A stretch of 64,000 nucleotides of DNA from Candidatus Latescibacterota bacterium (GTDB lineage Bacteria; Latescibacterota; UBA2968; GCA-2709665), in assembly GCA_965226795.1 (NCBI GenBank), contig CBDDDZ010000004.1, positions 64,001 to 128,000 on the forward strand, in the 5' to 3' direction. The translations under genes were made by a program, and so were the position numbers. Shown one piece after another: positions 39,965 through 49,318 of the stretch; the stretch's first letter is position 1, and every line of letters begins with the position of its first letter. The notes under the pieces are model-generated. The model made no database searches and was not told where the DNA came from. It saw nothing but the letters and a program-made list of their open reading frames with translations.

Positions 39965-42493
39965 TTAACGAATGATGACCAGCTTGGCGCCCTTCACCTG
40001 GCCCTCGGTCCCCGGCAAGAGGGACTCGACGGTGACAAAATAGACGCCGAAGGTCAACTGCGTGATATGCGTTCTGTTAAACTGGAAGAAGGCTGCCTCA
40101 CCCTCTGTCTGCGAATCGTGGTCCACCTCGCCCACCAGGTCGCCGGCCACGGAGAAGATCCTGATCTTCGCCTTCCTCGGAACGTTCAGGATGCGGATCT
40201 TTTTTGAGCCCTCGTAGGTGTGCGGCGCCTTGGGGATGTAGGGATTCGGCACAATGACGATGTCCTTTTCCAGCCGGTCCGCGCTTGCCGTGGGCACCTG
40301 CACCGGGCTGTCGGGCGCCGACCCCGAGGGGGGCAGATAGTAGGTGGAAACGTCTCCGATGCCCGACTCGTAGGCCCGGACGCCGCCTTCCACCGTGGCG
40401 CCGGTTACGCGGCTGGCGAATCCGGTGTTGGCGCTGCCCTGGTAGGAACGCACGGCATAATAGTACTGAAATCCGGCAAGCGAGTTCTCGTCCTCGTACG
40501 CGTATTCCTGCGAGCCGTCCGCCGGCAGGTCCTGGATGAGCGTCCAGATACCGGGCTGCGTCTCGGACTGGTACACCCGGTAGCCCGCGACGTCGGACTG
40601 GCCCGTATCCGGATTGATCGACTTCTCGGGATCGCCGCTCCAGGTGATGAGGTTTCGTGCATTTTCCGAGGAAGTCACCATAGCGTCCACGTCGGGAGGC
40701 TGATTGGGCAGGTCGTAACCCAGCGCGTAGGCCTCCTTGGCCTTATTCAGGTGGTTGAGCAGGTTGGTGAACGCGGCCCCGTTCTCTTCCTTCTTGAGTT
40801 CGCTGCTGTCTCCCGACTTCTGGAAAGCCCGGAAATTCTCCGTAACGGGAGCCGCCGCGACGTAGGCGAACACGAACTTCACCTTCTGGCCAGGCGCCAG
40901 ATCGTAGGGGCCGTAGGTTTCCACGGGGGTGTAGGCCGCGGCGATCCCATGCCGCCCCTCCCACTCCCACGCGGGGATCGGCATATACGGCATGCGGCCT
41001 ACCGGGACGTCCGGAACCGGCAGCAGCGGCACTCCCAGGTTGGGGTTGCCAGACCCCCGGCTCGGACGCTCCAGAAGCGGCAGGTCGAAATACGACGGTT
41101 CCGGCGTACTGACGAGCATCTGGTAAAGCGTTTCATGGTTCATCTCGTTCGGGTTCGGCTCGTCCGTAAGGAACCCGACGGCATCCGACGCACCGGACGG
41201 ATATCGGTACAGAAAATGGAAGAAATTGTACGCGAATGGCTGTTCCGTCACCTTCGGCGCCTCGTAGACCTCAGGATCGCCCGCGAACCCGTCCGTGGGA
41301 TCCACGTCGATCGGGGCCTTGCCGATCCAGGCGGGGGACGTCAGGTCCCCAACGCCGATCAGGCTCGGGAAGGTGCACTGGGCGCACCTGTGTTCGGATC
41401 GATAGGGATCTCCGATATCGTCGGACAGCGGCCCGGTAAGGCAGTAATTGTTCCAGTCGTACTGGTAGGTGAGCCTCAGACCTCGGGCAGAGGCCGGACC
41501 GTCGTAATTCGGTGCTTCGGTATACTTGATCTTGTCGTCCTGGGAATTGTCCAGGGGTCCGAAATTACTGCTGCATCCGTCTCCCGTGCCGTAGTCGGAA
41601 TAGTAGGCTCTGTAGCTCGTCCGGGAGACGCCCGCGGAAGACGGCATGAAGCGGTGATGGAACGAAAAATATACGTTCGTGAGATTGTGCCCGCCGCCCG
41701 CAAGGTCGGCCACCCGGTCGCCGTCGGTATCGCCGGTATTTTCGAACACCCACTCGGTGATCACGAAATCGTCGTAGTCCGGGTGGTTCCACGCAAAGGC
41801 CGCCTTTTCTCCGGTGATGCCCAGCCCGGTGGTCCACTTGCTCAGTATAATGTCTTCCGGAAAGTTGTCAGTGGAAACGTCGTTGTACTGGCCGATGCGG
41901 TAGTTCAAAATCTCCCTGGGTTCCAGCGCATCCAGTTGGACCCCGGTACCGGGCCACCAGTTGGCCATTGAGCGGCCCGTGTTGGGGCTGACCACGTCGT
42001 TGCCCAGCCCCGCGTACCGGCCCTTGAAGTCCTCGCCGGGATCCACCGCCATCGCCACCACGTCTTCGCTTTCCTCCATCGCCGAAATGAGAGGATCGGC
42101 CCAACTCACCGCGGCCTGGCCGTTCACCTTCGCGGCGATCCACCACCCATGGCCGCGGCCGTTGTGCGACGTGAGGTCGACGTGCATGCTCCCGGCGCTG
42201 CGCTGATCCCCATAATAGGAGGAAAAGTCGTTCGTTCCGCCTCCTCCCCAACTGATCAGCGCGAACCCGGGATAGGCCAGATCCAGATAGAGGCCGGCAT
42301 AGTTCCCTTCCACCGGCCGAGCCCCTTCGGCGCCCGTGCTGAGAAAGCTGTGCCAGAGCGTGCCGCGCGCAAGGTGCCGGGGCGTCAGCGATTCGCCGGC
42401 CGCGTTGGTAAAGGTCGCCCGCTGACCCTCGGCCGGAATCCAGAACACGCCTGCGATAAGGAGCGCGCCCACAAACGAGTATATGCGTCTCAT
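39965..42493 (-). CDS. Large secreted protein with Fn3-like domain and T9SS type-A-like C-terminal domain
   Basis: Signal peptide; AGYRVY..YYYAVRSY; VPNPY..IRIFSVAGDLV..GVYFVTV..KLVIIR. Confidence 0.75.
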   Translation of the reverse strand: MRRIYSFVGALLIAGVFWIPAEGQRATFTNAAGESLTPRHLARGTLWHSFLSTGAEGARPVEGNYAGLYLDLAYPGFALISWGGGGTNDFSSYYGDQRSAGSMHVDLTSHNGRGHGWWIAAKVNGQAAVSWADPLISAMEESEDVVAMAVDPGEDFKGRYAGLGNDVVSPNTGRSMANWWPGTGVQLDALEPREILNYRIGQYNDVSTDNFPEDIILSKWTTGLGITGEKAAFAWNHPDYDDFVITEWVFENTGDTDGDRVADLAGGGHNLTNVYFSFHHRFMPSSAGVSRTSYRAYYSDYGTGDGCSSNFGPLDNSQDDKIKYTEAPNYDGPASARGLRLTYQYDWNNYCLTGPLSDDIGDPYRSEHRCAQCTFPSLIGVGDLTSPAWIGKAPIDVDPTDGFAGDPEVYEAPKVTEQPFAYNFFHFLYRYPSGASDAVGFLTDEPNPNEMNHETLYQMLVSTPEPSYFDLPLLERPSRGSGNPNLGVPLLPVPDVPVGRMPYMPIPAWEWEGRHGIAAAYTPVETYGPYDLAPGQKVKFVFAYVAAAPVTENFRAFQKSGDSSELKKEENGAAFTNLLNHLNKAKEAYALGYDLPNQPPDVDAMVTSSENARNLITWSGDPEKSINPDTGQSDVAGYRVYQSETQPGIWTLIQDLPADGSQEYAYEDENSLAGFQYYYAVRSYQGSANTGFASRVTGATVEGGVRAYESGIGDVSTYYLPPSGSAPDSPVQVPTASADRLEKDIVIVPNPYIPKAPHTYEGSKKIRILNVPRKAKIRIFSVAGDLVGEVDHDSQTEGEAAFFQFNRTHITQLTFGVYFVTVESLLPGTEGQVKGAKLVIIR

Positions 42494-42515
42494 TGAATTT
42501 CTCCCCGCCTGTTTG

Positions 42516-42542
42516 TGCCGTGGCGGCCGCGCCGCCACGGCA
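42516..42542. other. Intergenic 11-bp perfect stem-loop
   Basis: tgccgtggcgg-ccgcg-ccgccacggca between the TBDR and the next gene; no U-tract. Confidence 0.6.
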
Positions 42543-42554
42543 TCGTAGCCATAC

Positions 42555-45500
42555 CTAGAAACCGATCCGCAGCCCCATATTTACGTACCGCGGCGTGCCG
42601 CCCCGACTGTAGTTCGAGTCGCCGTACTTCAGATAGTTGGTGTCGTTCGGCGTGGGCTTCTTCAAACCCCAGCGGACGTAGTTGGCGCCGAAGGAGGGGT
42701 CATAATAGGTGTTGAAGAGGTTGAATACCTCCGCGTAGAACGTGGGGGTCGTGTTGCCGATACGGAACGACTTCTGGAAATTCAGGTCCGTCCGCACGAA
42801 AATCGGCCGATTGCGGGCGCTCTGAACGCTCGTGCCAGGCAGGGTGATCTGAAACTGTCGTCCGTTATCCAGCCGCCAGACCACGTTGGCCTGGATGCCA
42901 CCCAGGATCCTGGCGCCGCCCACGTATCCGCCCGGCCCCCAGTCCATCGGCGTGGACCAGAGGAACTGGAACGAGGCATTGGTCGTGGGCGGCTGCCCGT
43001 TGAACGCGTCCACCTGCCGCCAGACGTCCTCGAACCAGAGATTCTGCATGTCCTGCTTTTCGGATTCGCTGAGACCCGGATACTCATACCACGGACGGAT
43101 CGCGTCGAGCCGGTTGGTACCCCACGCCCCCACAAAGGTCGTCCCATCCTGCTGTTTTTTCCGGATCGTCTCATTGGCCCTGTGGCCGATCGTCCTGATT
43201 TCGTCGTCAGTCAGCCGGACGATCTCGTCGTTCGCATCCACGGTGAAGTAATTCGAACTGGCGATGTAGTTGGAGTCCGGAAACGTCGTGACCTGGAGCT
43301 GTGAGCCGCCGGACCAGTTGAAGAGCGCCCAACTCACGTCCAGCCCCACCCGGAAGGAGAAATTGTGGGAAAAGGCCTTGGTGAACCCGACTTCGATTCC
43401 CTTGGTTTCGAGGCGTGCGTTCGGACCTCTGTGGCCCACGTAGGCGAGGGTCTGGACCGGATCCTGGAACCGGTGCACCCCACCCGAGCCCACCCGCTCG
43501 GTACGTCGGTAGTAGGTGGACAGTTCCATGACGAAATCGCTGATGAAATTCCACTCGCCGGTGACCTCGAACTCGGCCGTATTCGGCAGACCTCCCGGAT
43601 CCTGGTAACCGCCGTCCAGTCGCCACTGCCCGCCCCCGATCCAGTTCAGATCGAACCAGACGTCGTCCAATTCGGGGTGGTTCTCGGCGTCGGAAGTCGC
43701 CCAGGGCTCCAGCCACAGGAGAGAAAAGTGCGGCGGCTTGTAGTACACCCCGTACGAATACCGCACGGTGGACCGGTCCGTGATCGGGTGGGACAGACCG
43801 ATCCGCGGCGACAGGCTGGTCATCGGCCGGGTTTGCGCCAGCGGCACCCGCCCGGTGCGCCAGGCCTTATAGGTTCTCCACCCCGGCAATGCCTTCATAA
43901 AGCCGGACAACGTCCGCTCGGGCCCGCCCCAGAAACTGTCGAAACGCAGGCCGGCGTGCACCACCAGGCCCTGGAACTCCAGTTTTTCGTCGATGTACGC
44001 CGCCAGCCGGTTTACCGTGTATCGCTTGCCGGGCTCGCTGTTCCCTGCCATGATCTTGAGCGTGGCGTTGGTCGCGCTGGACCGGTTGTAGTCCCAGTTG
44101 AGGTTGTTCATGTTCTGAAAGACAAGACCGGCCTTGAACAGATTCCGCCGGGTGAGTTGCCCGGTCAAGTCGTAGCGGAAGTTGTACCGGCGGTTGTCTT
44201 CCACCACAATGCGCCTGCGGTCCCTATCTATATTGAACTGACCCAGTTTGTCCCGTCGCCAGGATGTTGTGGTGGAAGGTACGTCTTCGCCCGGATCGGT
44301 CTTCGTACCGTAGAAACCGACCTGGAATTCGTGGAACATTCTGGGATTGATACTCTGCGTGCCCGTCACGTAGAAAATCCGGTTGACCCGGTTCTGCTGA
44401 TAACCCGTCGTGCCGTTGATCAGGAAGAGGTTGCCCCCGACCGACCGGTTGGCGTCGCCGAAGAACGTCGGCTCGTTGGATTGGTTGAACCCCACTTTGA
44501 CTTTGAGGTTGGGCGACGGGTAGAAGCTGATTTTTCCGAAGATGCTGTGTTGGCGCAGCCCGGTCAGCGTGGGCGCCGGCAGACTCAGTTTGGCGCGGCT
44601 GGTTTTCCCGCTCACCACAAAGGTGGCGTTTTCGCCCAACGGCCCGGTGACCCATCCCTCCACGAGGTGCCCGACGGAACTTTCGTAGTCCTGCTTTACA
44701 TGAATCTTCTGTCCGGTGACCGAATCCTCCTCGTTCACCCATTCCGGGTTGTTCCACTGCAGCCTGTCGCGCCAGTACCCGTTCGCCCCCCCGCGCTCCC
44801 CCGGCGTGGCGTCGTAAACGTTGGGTCCGCGGTGCCGCTTCCCGGGCATTTCCACCCGGAGGTCGACGCCGCCACGGTAGATCCGCGTACCCTCCCTGCT
44901 GATGATATTCACCACGCCCGCGGGCGACGACGCCTGGGAGGCGTCTGCCCCGCCTCTGACCAGCCCCATCTCCCCGACCGACGTCACGGGCAGGTTCGTG
45001 TATTGCCGGACGCCCGTCTGCTGCGAGGTGTCCAGGTTCATCAGTTCAATGCCGTCGAACGTCCAGGTCTGCGCCGCGCGCATGGAATAATAGCTCATAT
45101 GACGAATGCGCACGCCGTTGCCCGGGCTGTCGTTCACATTCGTTCCCACGGCATACTGCAGGTGCTCCTTGACGCCCCTGATAATCGGGACCTGTTCAAT
45201 TTCCTGCGAGGAGATCTTCGTCTCGCTGGAGGTCCGGTCCACCTCCACCAGGGGTCGCTCGGCCCTTACCACAATCTCGGCGGCCTCGAGCGCCGATTCC
45301 CGGAGCGTGAAATCGGACACGGTGGTCAGGCCCGCCGCCACCTTGGCCCGCTCCCGGACAACCGTCTCGTATCCGACCATCGATGCCTTCAGGGTGTATA
45401 ACCCGGGCTCGACGCCGATAATGATATAATACCCCTCGTTGTCGCAGGTCGCTCCGAAGCGCGTCCCTTCGACCACCACGTTGGCTCCCGGCAGGGCCCC

Positions 45501-45617
45501 GCCGTCCACGTCGGTCACCTGTCCGGTAATCTTTCCGTAGAAGGTCTGGGACCGCGCCGGCCCGACCAGCAGGCATAGCACCGCGATTGTGCCCAAAACC
45601 ACTAATTCACGCCTCAT
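42555..45617 (-). CDS. TonB-dependent receptor with CarboxypepD_reg-like N-terminus
   Basis: GKITGQVTD..LPGANVVV, AGVVNIISREG plug, AEVFNLFN, terminal GLRIGF. Confidence 0.92.
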   Translation of the reverse strand: MRRELVVLGTIAVLCLLVGPARSQTFYGKITGQVTDVDGGALPGANVVVEGTRFGATCDNEGYYIIIGVEPGLYTLKASMVGYETVVRERAKVAAGLTTVSDFTLRESALEAAEIVVRAERPLVEVDRTSSETKISSQEIEQVPIIRGVKEHLQYAVGTNVNDSPGNGVRIRHMSYYSMRAAQTWTFDGIELMNLDTSQQTGVRQYTNLPVTSVGEMGLVRGGADASQASSPAGVVNIISREGTRIYRGGVDLRVEMPGKRHRGPNVYDATPGERGGANGYWRDRLQWNNPEWVNEEDSVTGQKIHVKQDYESSVGHLVEGWVTGPLGENATFVVSGKTSRAKLSLPAPTLTGLRQHSIFGKISFYPSPNLKVKVGFNQSNEPTFFGDANRSVGGNLFLINGTTGYQQNRVNRIFYVTGTQSINPRMFHEFQVGFYGTKTDPGEDVPSTTTSWRRDKLGQFNIDRDRRRIVVEDNRRYNFRYDLTGQLTRRNLFKAGLVFQNMNNLNWDYNRSSATNATLKIMAGNSEPGKRYTVNRLAAYIDEKLEFQGLVVHAGLRFDSFWGGPERTLSGFMKALPGWRTYKAWRTGRVPLAQTRPMTSLSPRIGLSHPITDRSTVRYSYGVYYKPPHFSLLWLEPWATSDAENHPELDDVWFDLNWIGGGQWRLDGGYQDPGGLPNTAEFEVTGEWNFISDFVMELSTYYRRTERVGSGGVHRFQDPVQTLAYVGHRGPNARLETKGIEVGFTKAFSHNFSFRVGLDVSWALFNWSGGSQLQVTTFPDSNYIASSNYFTVDANDEIVRLTDDEIRTIGHRANETIRKKQQDGTTFVGAWGTNRLDAIRPWYEYPGLSESEKQDMQNLWFEDVWRQVDAFNGQPPTTNASFQFLWSTPMDWGPGGYVGGARILGGIQANVVWRLDNGRQFQITLPGTSVQSARNRPIFVRTDLNFQKSFRIGNTTPTFYAEVFNLFNTYYDPSFGANYVRWGLKKPTPNDTNYLKYGDSNYSRGGTPRYVNMGLRIGF

Positions 45618-45799
45618 ACGCCAACTCCTTAGCTGAAGAACCCATCGTCCATCCGGCCGATCAACGCCCGAAGCCGGGCATTGCCAGCGTCGGATACGCG
45701 GATGGAACGCTCAGTTTAAGTTCTAACCGCCCCAATCCCCTCGATCTGTGGTCCTATCCATAGGCAATCCTCCTCGTCGGCAAACGGGTCAGAGTTGAT

Positions 45800-46489
45800 T
45801 CATGCTCCCGCGCCGAAATCTCCGGCGAATTGAATAAAGTCCTCGAAATTGACCGCTCCATCACCGTTCAGGTCGAACACCGGGTCGAAATTGCCATCGC
45901 CGTTGCTCGTTCCGAAAGCCGTGGCAAAGCTTGAAAAGTCCGTGAAGTCGACCTTCCCATCTTCGTTGAAGTCCGACCGGTGCTCAGTGCCGACGCCCCC
46001 GGGCGAATGCACAGGAACGCTGTTGAAAAACCCCGGATTGCTGAGCGACAACCGCCGGCCCGGCGCCCGATCGCCAGGACGCCAGTTGCCTGCCGGATCG
46101 CCGAGTTCGTTTCCGTTCGTAAAGCCGTCCCGGTCCGAGTCGATCCGGGCCAGACTCGGCCCCCACATCACATTTCCGGAATAACCCGACTCGGAAAGAA
46201 ATCCCTTCTTGATCGTTACACCAAATGCATTGAGAGGGCCGCCCCCGCCCGTGTAGGTGTGACAGCTGGCACAGATGGCGTCCCCTTCGTTAGTGGCTTC
46301 ATGCGTCGTCTCGGAAAGCGGAATATCGAGCCGGGTCGTTGTTCTGCCCCGGTCGACGTGGCAGGTGCGGCATAGCGCGGCGCTGGCGTTGGGAACCTGA
46401 AAGACACGTTTCGGCCGCGCCTCGCCCTCCTTGCACCAACCAGCCGCGAAAACGATGAGAAAAATAAACGATCCGGCCCGTGTGTTCAT
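45800..46489 (-). CDS. Secreted protein with two CxxCH motifs, a temptin-like segment and an EF-hand/dockerin-like tail
   Basis: CRTCH, CASCH, GGGPLNAFG, DSDRDGFTNGNELGDP, DFNEDGKVDFTDF..DLNGDGAVNFEDF. Confidence 0.75.
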   Translation of the reverse strand: MNTRAGSFIFLIVFAAGWCKEGEARPKRVFQVPNASAALCRTCHVDRGRTTTRLDIPLSETTHEATNEGDAICASCHTYTGGGGPLNAFGVTIKKGFLSESGYSGNVMWGPSLARIDSDRDGFTNGNELGDPAGNWRPGDRAPGRRLSLSNPGFFNSVPVHSPGGVGTEHRSDFNEDGKVDFTDFSSFATAFGTSNGDGNFDPVFDLNGDGAVNFEDFIQFAGDFGAGA

Positions 46490-47227
46490 TTATCGCACGT
46501 AGTACTTGATACCGACCATGAGGTTGAAACTGAAAATCGGAAACGTCTTCTTCAGGTCCCAGTCCTCGTAGGGCCTGAGTTCGCCCATCGATACGTTCCA
46601 CCGGATCCGAAAATCCACCAGAAATTTATCGGACGTGCGGCGGTAGAAGCCCAACCCGGTGTTGATCGACAGCGCCACGTCTTCGTCAACCGTGGACTCC
46701 TTCATGCCCTGTGAATCGGTCCGGATCTGTTCGCCCACCTGTCCGGGCCAGATCAGGCCCGAAACCTCGTGGGTATACTTGAGAAAGCCGATACCGGCCG
46801 CGATGTAGGGAACACTGCGGCCAGGCTCGTCCGGCTGGAACGTCCGGAGACCGTTGACCACGATGCCTCCGATCCACATACTGGCCTCGGCGCCCGGGCT
46901 TTTTACCGAGGAACCGTTTGCCGCGCCCAAGCCGTTGTGCCAGGTGAACGACCGGTCGGACAATCCGGCGTCGGCCAGTGGCGAGTACGTCACTTCGACT
47001 TCCGTCATCGTTCTGTCGGAAACCTGATAGGTCAACTGCCCGACGAACGCCGGCGAGATATTGTACCAGCCCTTGAACGGCCCCGCCGGGCGCAGCATCG
47101 ACCCGTGGACGCCGAGCGCGTAGCGCAACTCCTGCGCCTGCGAGGCGGGCACCAGGCCGAGTCCGAACAGAAAATACACGCCCAGGACCGATCCAAGCGC
47201 CAATCTGAGAATGCCGGTTGCTCTCAT
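46490..47227 (-). CDS. Outer-membrane beta-barrel (OmpA/OmpW-like) protein
   Basis: Signal peptide, PYIAAGIG, terminal VGIKYY; AAGGAGG RBS. Confidence 0.75.
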   Translation of the reverse strand: MRATGILRLALGSVLGVYFLFGLGLVPASQAQELRYALGVHGSMLRPAGPFKGWYNISPAFVGQLTYQVSDRTMTEVEVTYSPLADAGLSDRSFTWHNGLGAANGSSVKSPGAEASMWIGGIVVNGLRTFQPDEPGRSVPYIAAGIGFLKYTHEVSGLIWPGQVGEQIRTDSQGMKESTVDEDVALSINTGLGFYRRTSDKFLVDFRIRWNVSMGELRPYEDWDLKKTFPIFSFNLMVGIKYYVR

Positions 47228-47291
47228 AACAACGGACCTCCTTTTCCGACTGCGGCCATGTGATGACCCGTCTAATGCGCCTTCACGACAG

Positions 47292-47321
47292 ATCCTGTTA
47301 CCGATAAACCGCTTACAGGAT
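47292..47321. promoter_or_regulatory. Inverted repeat in the divergent promoter region, candidate operator
   Basis: atcctgt-N16-acaggat enclosing a LacI-like aaaccgcttaca. Confidence 0.4.
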
Positions 47322-47542
47322 TCCTTGTCGGACATCCTGCAATGCATCGTACAAGTTGAGAATATAAGATCAGTTAAACAAAAAACAAACAAAAAAACGA
47401 CCGGTCATAGAGTCCATCGTCGTTGGCAGACAGACCTCCATAGTTGGCTCTTTTTTGGTTGCGCCGTTTCGGAGTCCGGACGTATCTTTCGCGAGGATCC
47501 AGGCAAGCCCGATGGCATGAATCGCAGGAAAGGACGGATCAG

Positions 47543-49270
47543 ATGAAATGGCCCGGCGGCCGCGTCCGCAGGACGCGTTTTTTCGTGGCGGTTTTCTGCG
47601 CCGCCACAGTGTGCTTCGACCTTACGGGTGCGGCAACGGCAATGCCGACCGCCGCGAGGGAGGCGCTCGAGGCCGGGCTCGAGCATGCCGGCGCGGGCCG
47701 GCTGCATGAGGCTTTAGAGGAAATGACGCGGGCTGCGGAATTGGCCCCGGAATCGGCGCAGATCTGGCACAACCTGGGCATCCTGAGCGCGCAGATGGGC
47801 CGGCTGGCCGACGCGGCGGATATGCTGCAACGCGCGGCTCGCCTGGAACCGGATTACCGGCACACCCACGTCGTGCTGGGGGCCGTATACCAACGGAATG
47901 GGCAACTGGCCGAGGCGGAACGGGCGTATCGGCGCTCGGTGGAACTGGCCCCTGGCCTGCCCGACGCACACCGGGCGCTCGGCATCCTCGCGGTGGCCCG
48001 GAGTGACCTCGGAGCGGCGGCGGCGGCGTTCAGCCGAGCGGTGGAACTGGCGCCCGGCAGCGCTGAACTTCGATACCGCCTCGGCGCCGTTGCACTGAAG
48101 AGGGGCAACAAGAAGGCCGGCGAAGCCGCCTTGAAGCGGGCGGTATCGCTGGAACCCGGCCTTCTGCCGGCCTGGCTGGAACTGGCGGCTTACTACAAAC
48201 GCCAGCGCTACCTGGTCAGGGCGCTGGACACATACACCCGCGCCGCGGCCGTGGACCCGGGCTCTTCGACCGCCTGGCAGGGACTGGGAGACGTGGAAGC
48301 CGCTCGAGGCAACTCATCACGGGCCGCCGACGCGTTCCGAAGGGCCGAGCGGGCTGACGCTTCGAACGTGGACGCGCCCTTTCTGCTGGGCCGGGCGCTG
48401 CTCCTTCTCGGACGGGCGAAGGAGGCCGTTCCCGCGTTCGGCCGGGCAATCCGGCTGGCGCCGGACTTCGCCGACGCGCGTTCCGCCCTGGCGGAGGCCT
48501 ACACCGCCCTGGGGGAAGACCGGAAGGCCGCAGACGCCTACCGGGAGGCCGTTCGATATTCGCCGGCGCACGCAGGCGCCCATTTCGGACTTGGCGAGGT
48601 CCTGCTCAGGCTGGGCGACCTGCCCGATGCCGAGGCGGCATTCCGCCGGGCAATCGCGCTCGATGCGGATCACGCCAGGGCCCGCTACGGCCTGGGGCGG
48701 ACCTGCTTGCTTCAGGGACGGACGGAAGAAGGACGACGGGAACTGGAACAATTCGAGCGGTTGTCCCGAGAAGGGCACAAGCTGGATGTTCTGGAACGGG
48801 CGGTACTGCGCCACCCCGAAAACCCCGAACTGCACGATCGCCTCGGGCGGATCTACGCCACGCGGGGGCACGCCAGAGAAGCCGCCGCCGCTTTTGGCCG
48901 GGCCGTCGGGCGGGACAGCACGTTCACAGGCGCGTACGTTCGGTTGGCCGTGGCGGCCGCGGAAATCGGCGACCTGGGTACCGCCGAGCGGGCGCTGAAA
49001 CGGGCGATACGGCTCTCTCCGTCGCCGGGCCACTTTCTGGCCCTGGGCGCGGTCCACGAGCGCCAGCGGCGGTGGCGGGAGGCTGCGGCCGCGTTCGAGC
49101 AGACGATTCGACGGGACACACGCATTGTCGCGGCGCACCGGTCGCTGGCCGTGCTCTACGAACGGGCCGGAAGGATCGGTGCGGCCCGGCAGGCGTTAAA
49201 GCGCGTTCTGGCGCTCGACCCGGCCGACGAAGAAGCCCGTGCGGCCCTCAACCGCCTCGGCGAGAAATGA
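47543..49270 (+). CDS. Secreted all-TPR protein
   Basis: Signal-like N-terminus followed by continuous 34-aa TPRs. Confidence 0.88.
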   Translation: MKWPGGRVRRTRFFVAVFCAATVCFDLTGAATAMPTAAREALEAGLEHAGAGRLHEALEEMTRAAELAPESAQIWHNLGILSAQMGRLADAADMLQRAARLEPDYRHTHVVLGAVYQRNGQLAEAERAYRRSVELAPGLPDAHRALGILAVARSDLGAAAAAFSRAVELAPGSAELRYRLGAVALKRGNKKAGEAALKRAVSLEPGLLPAWLELAAYYKRQRYLVRALDTYTRAAAVDPGSSTAWQGLGDVEAARGNSSRAADAFRRAERADASNVDAPFLLGRALLLLGRAKEAVPAFGRAIRLAPDFADARSALAEAYTALGEDRKAADAYREAVRYSPAHAGAHFGLGEVLLRLGDLPDAEAAFRRAIALDADHARARYGLGRTCLLQGRTEEGRRELEQFERLSREGHKLDVLERAVLRHPENPELHDRLGRIYATRGHAREAAAAFGRAVGRDSTFTGAYVRLAVAAAEIGDLGTAERALKRAIRLSPSPGHFLALGAVHERQRRWREAAAAFEQTIRRDTRIVAAHRSLAVLYERAGRIGAARQALKRVLALDPADEEARAALNRLGEK

Positions 49271-49318
49271 TCGACGGGGCGGACCTTTGCCGGCGCCCGC
49301 CCTCACCGAACGATGGCG

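Noticed and set aside
40220..45401. Long plus-strand ORFs (583 aa, 678 aa)
   Set aside because: Antisense shadows typical of high-GC coding DNA.
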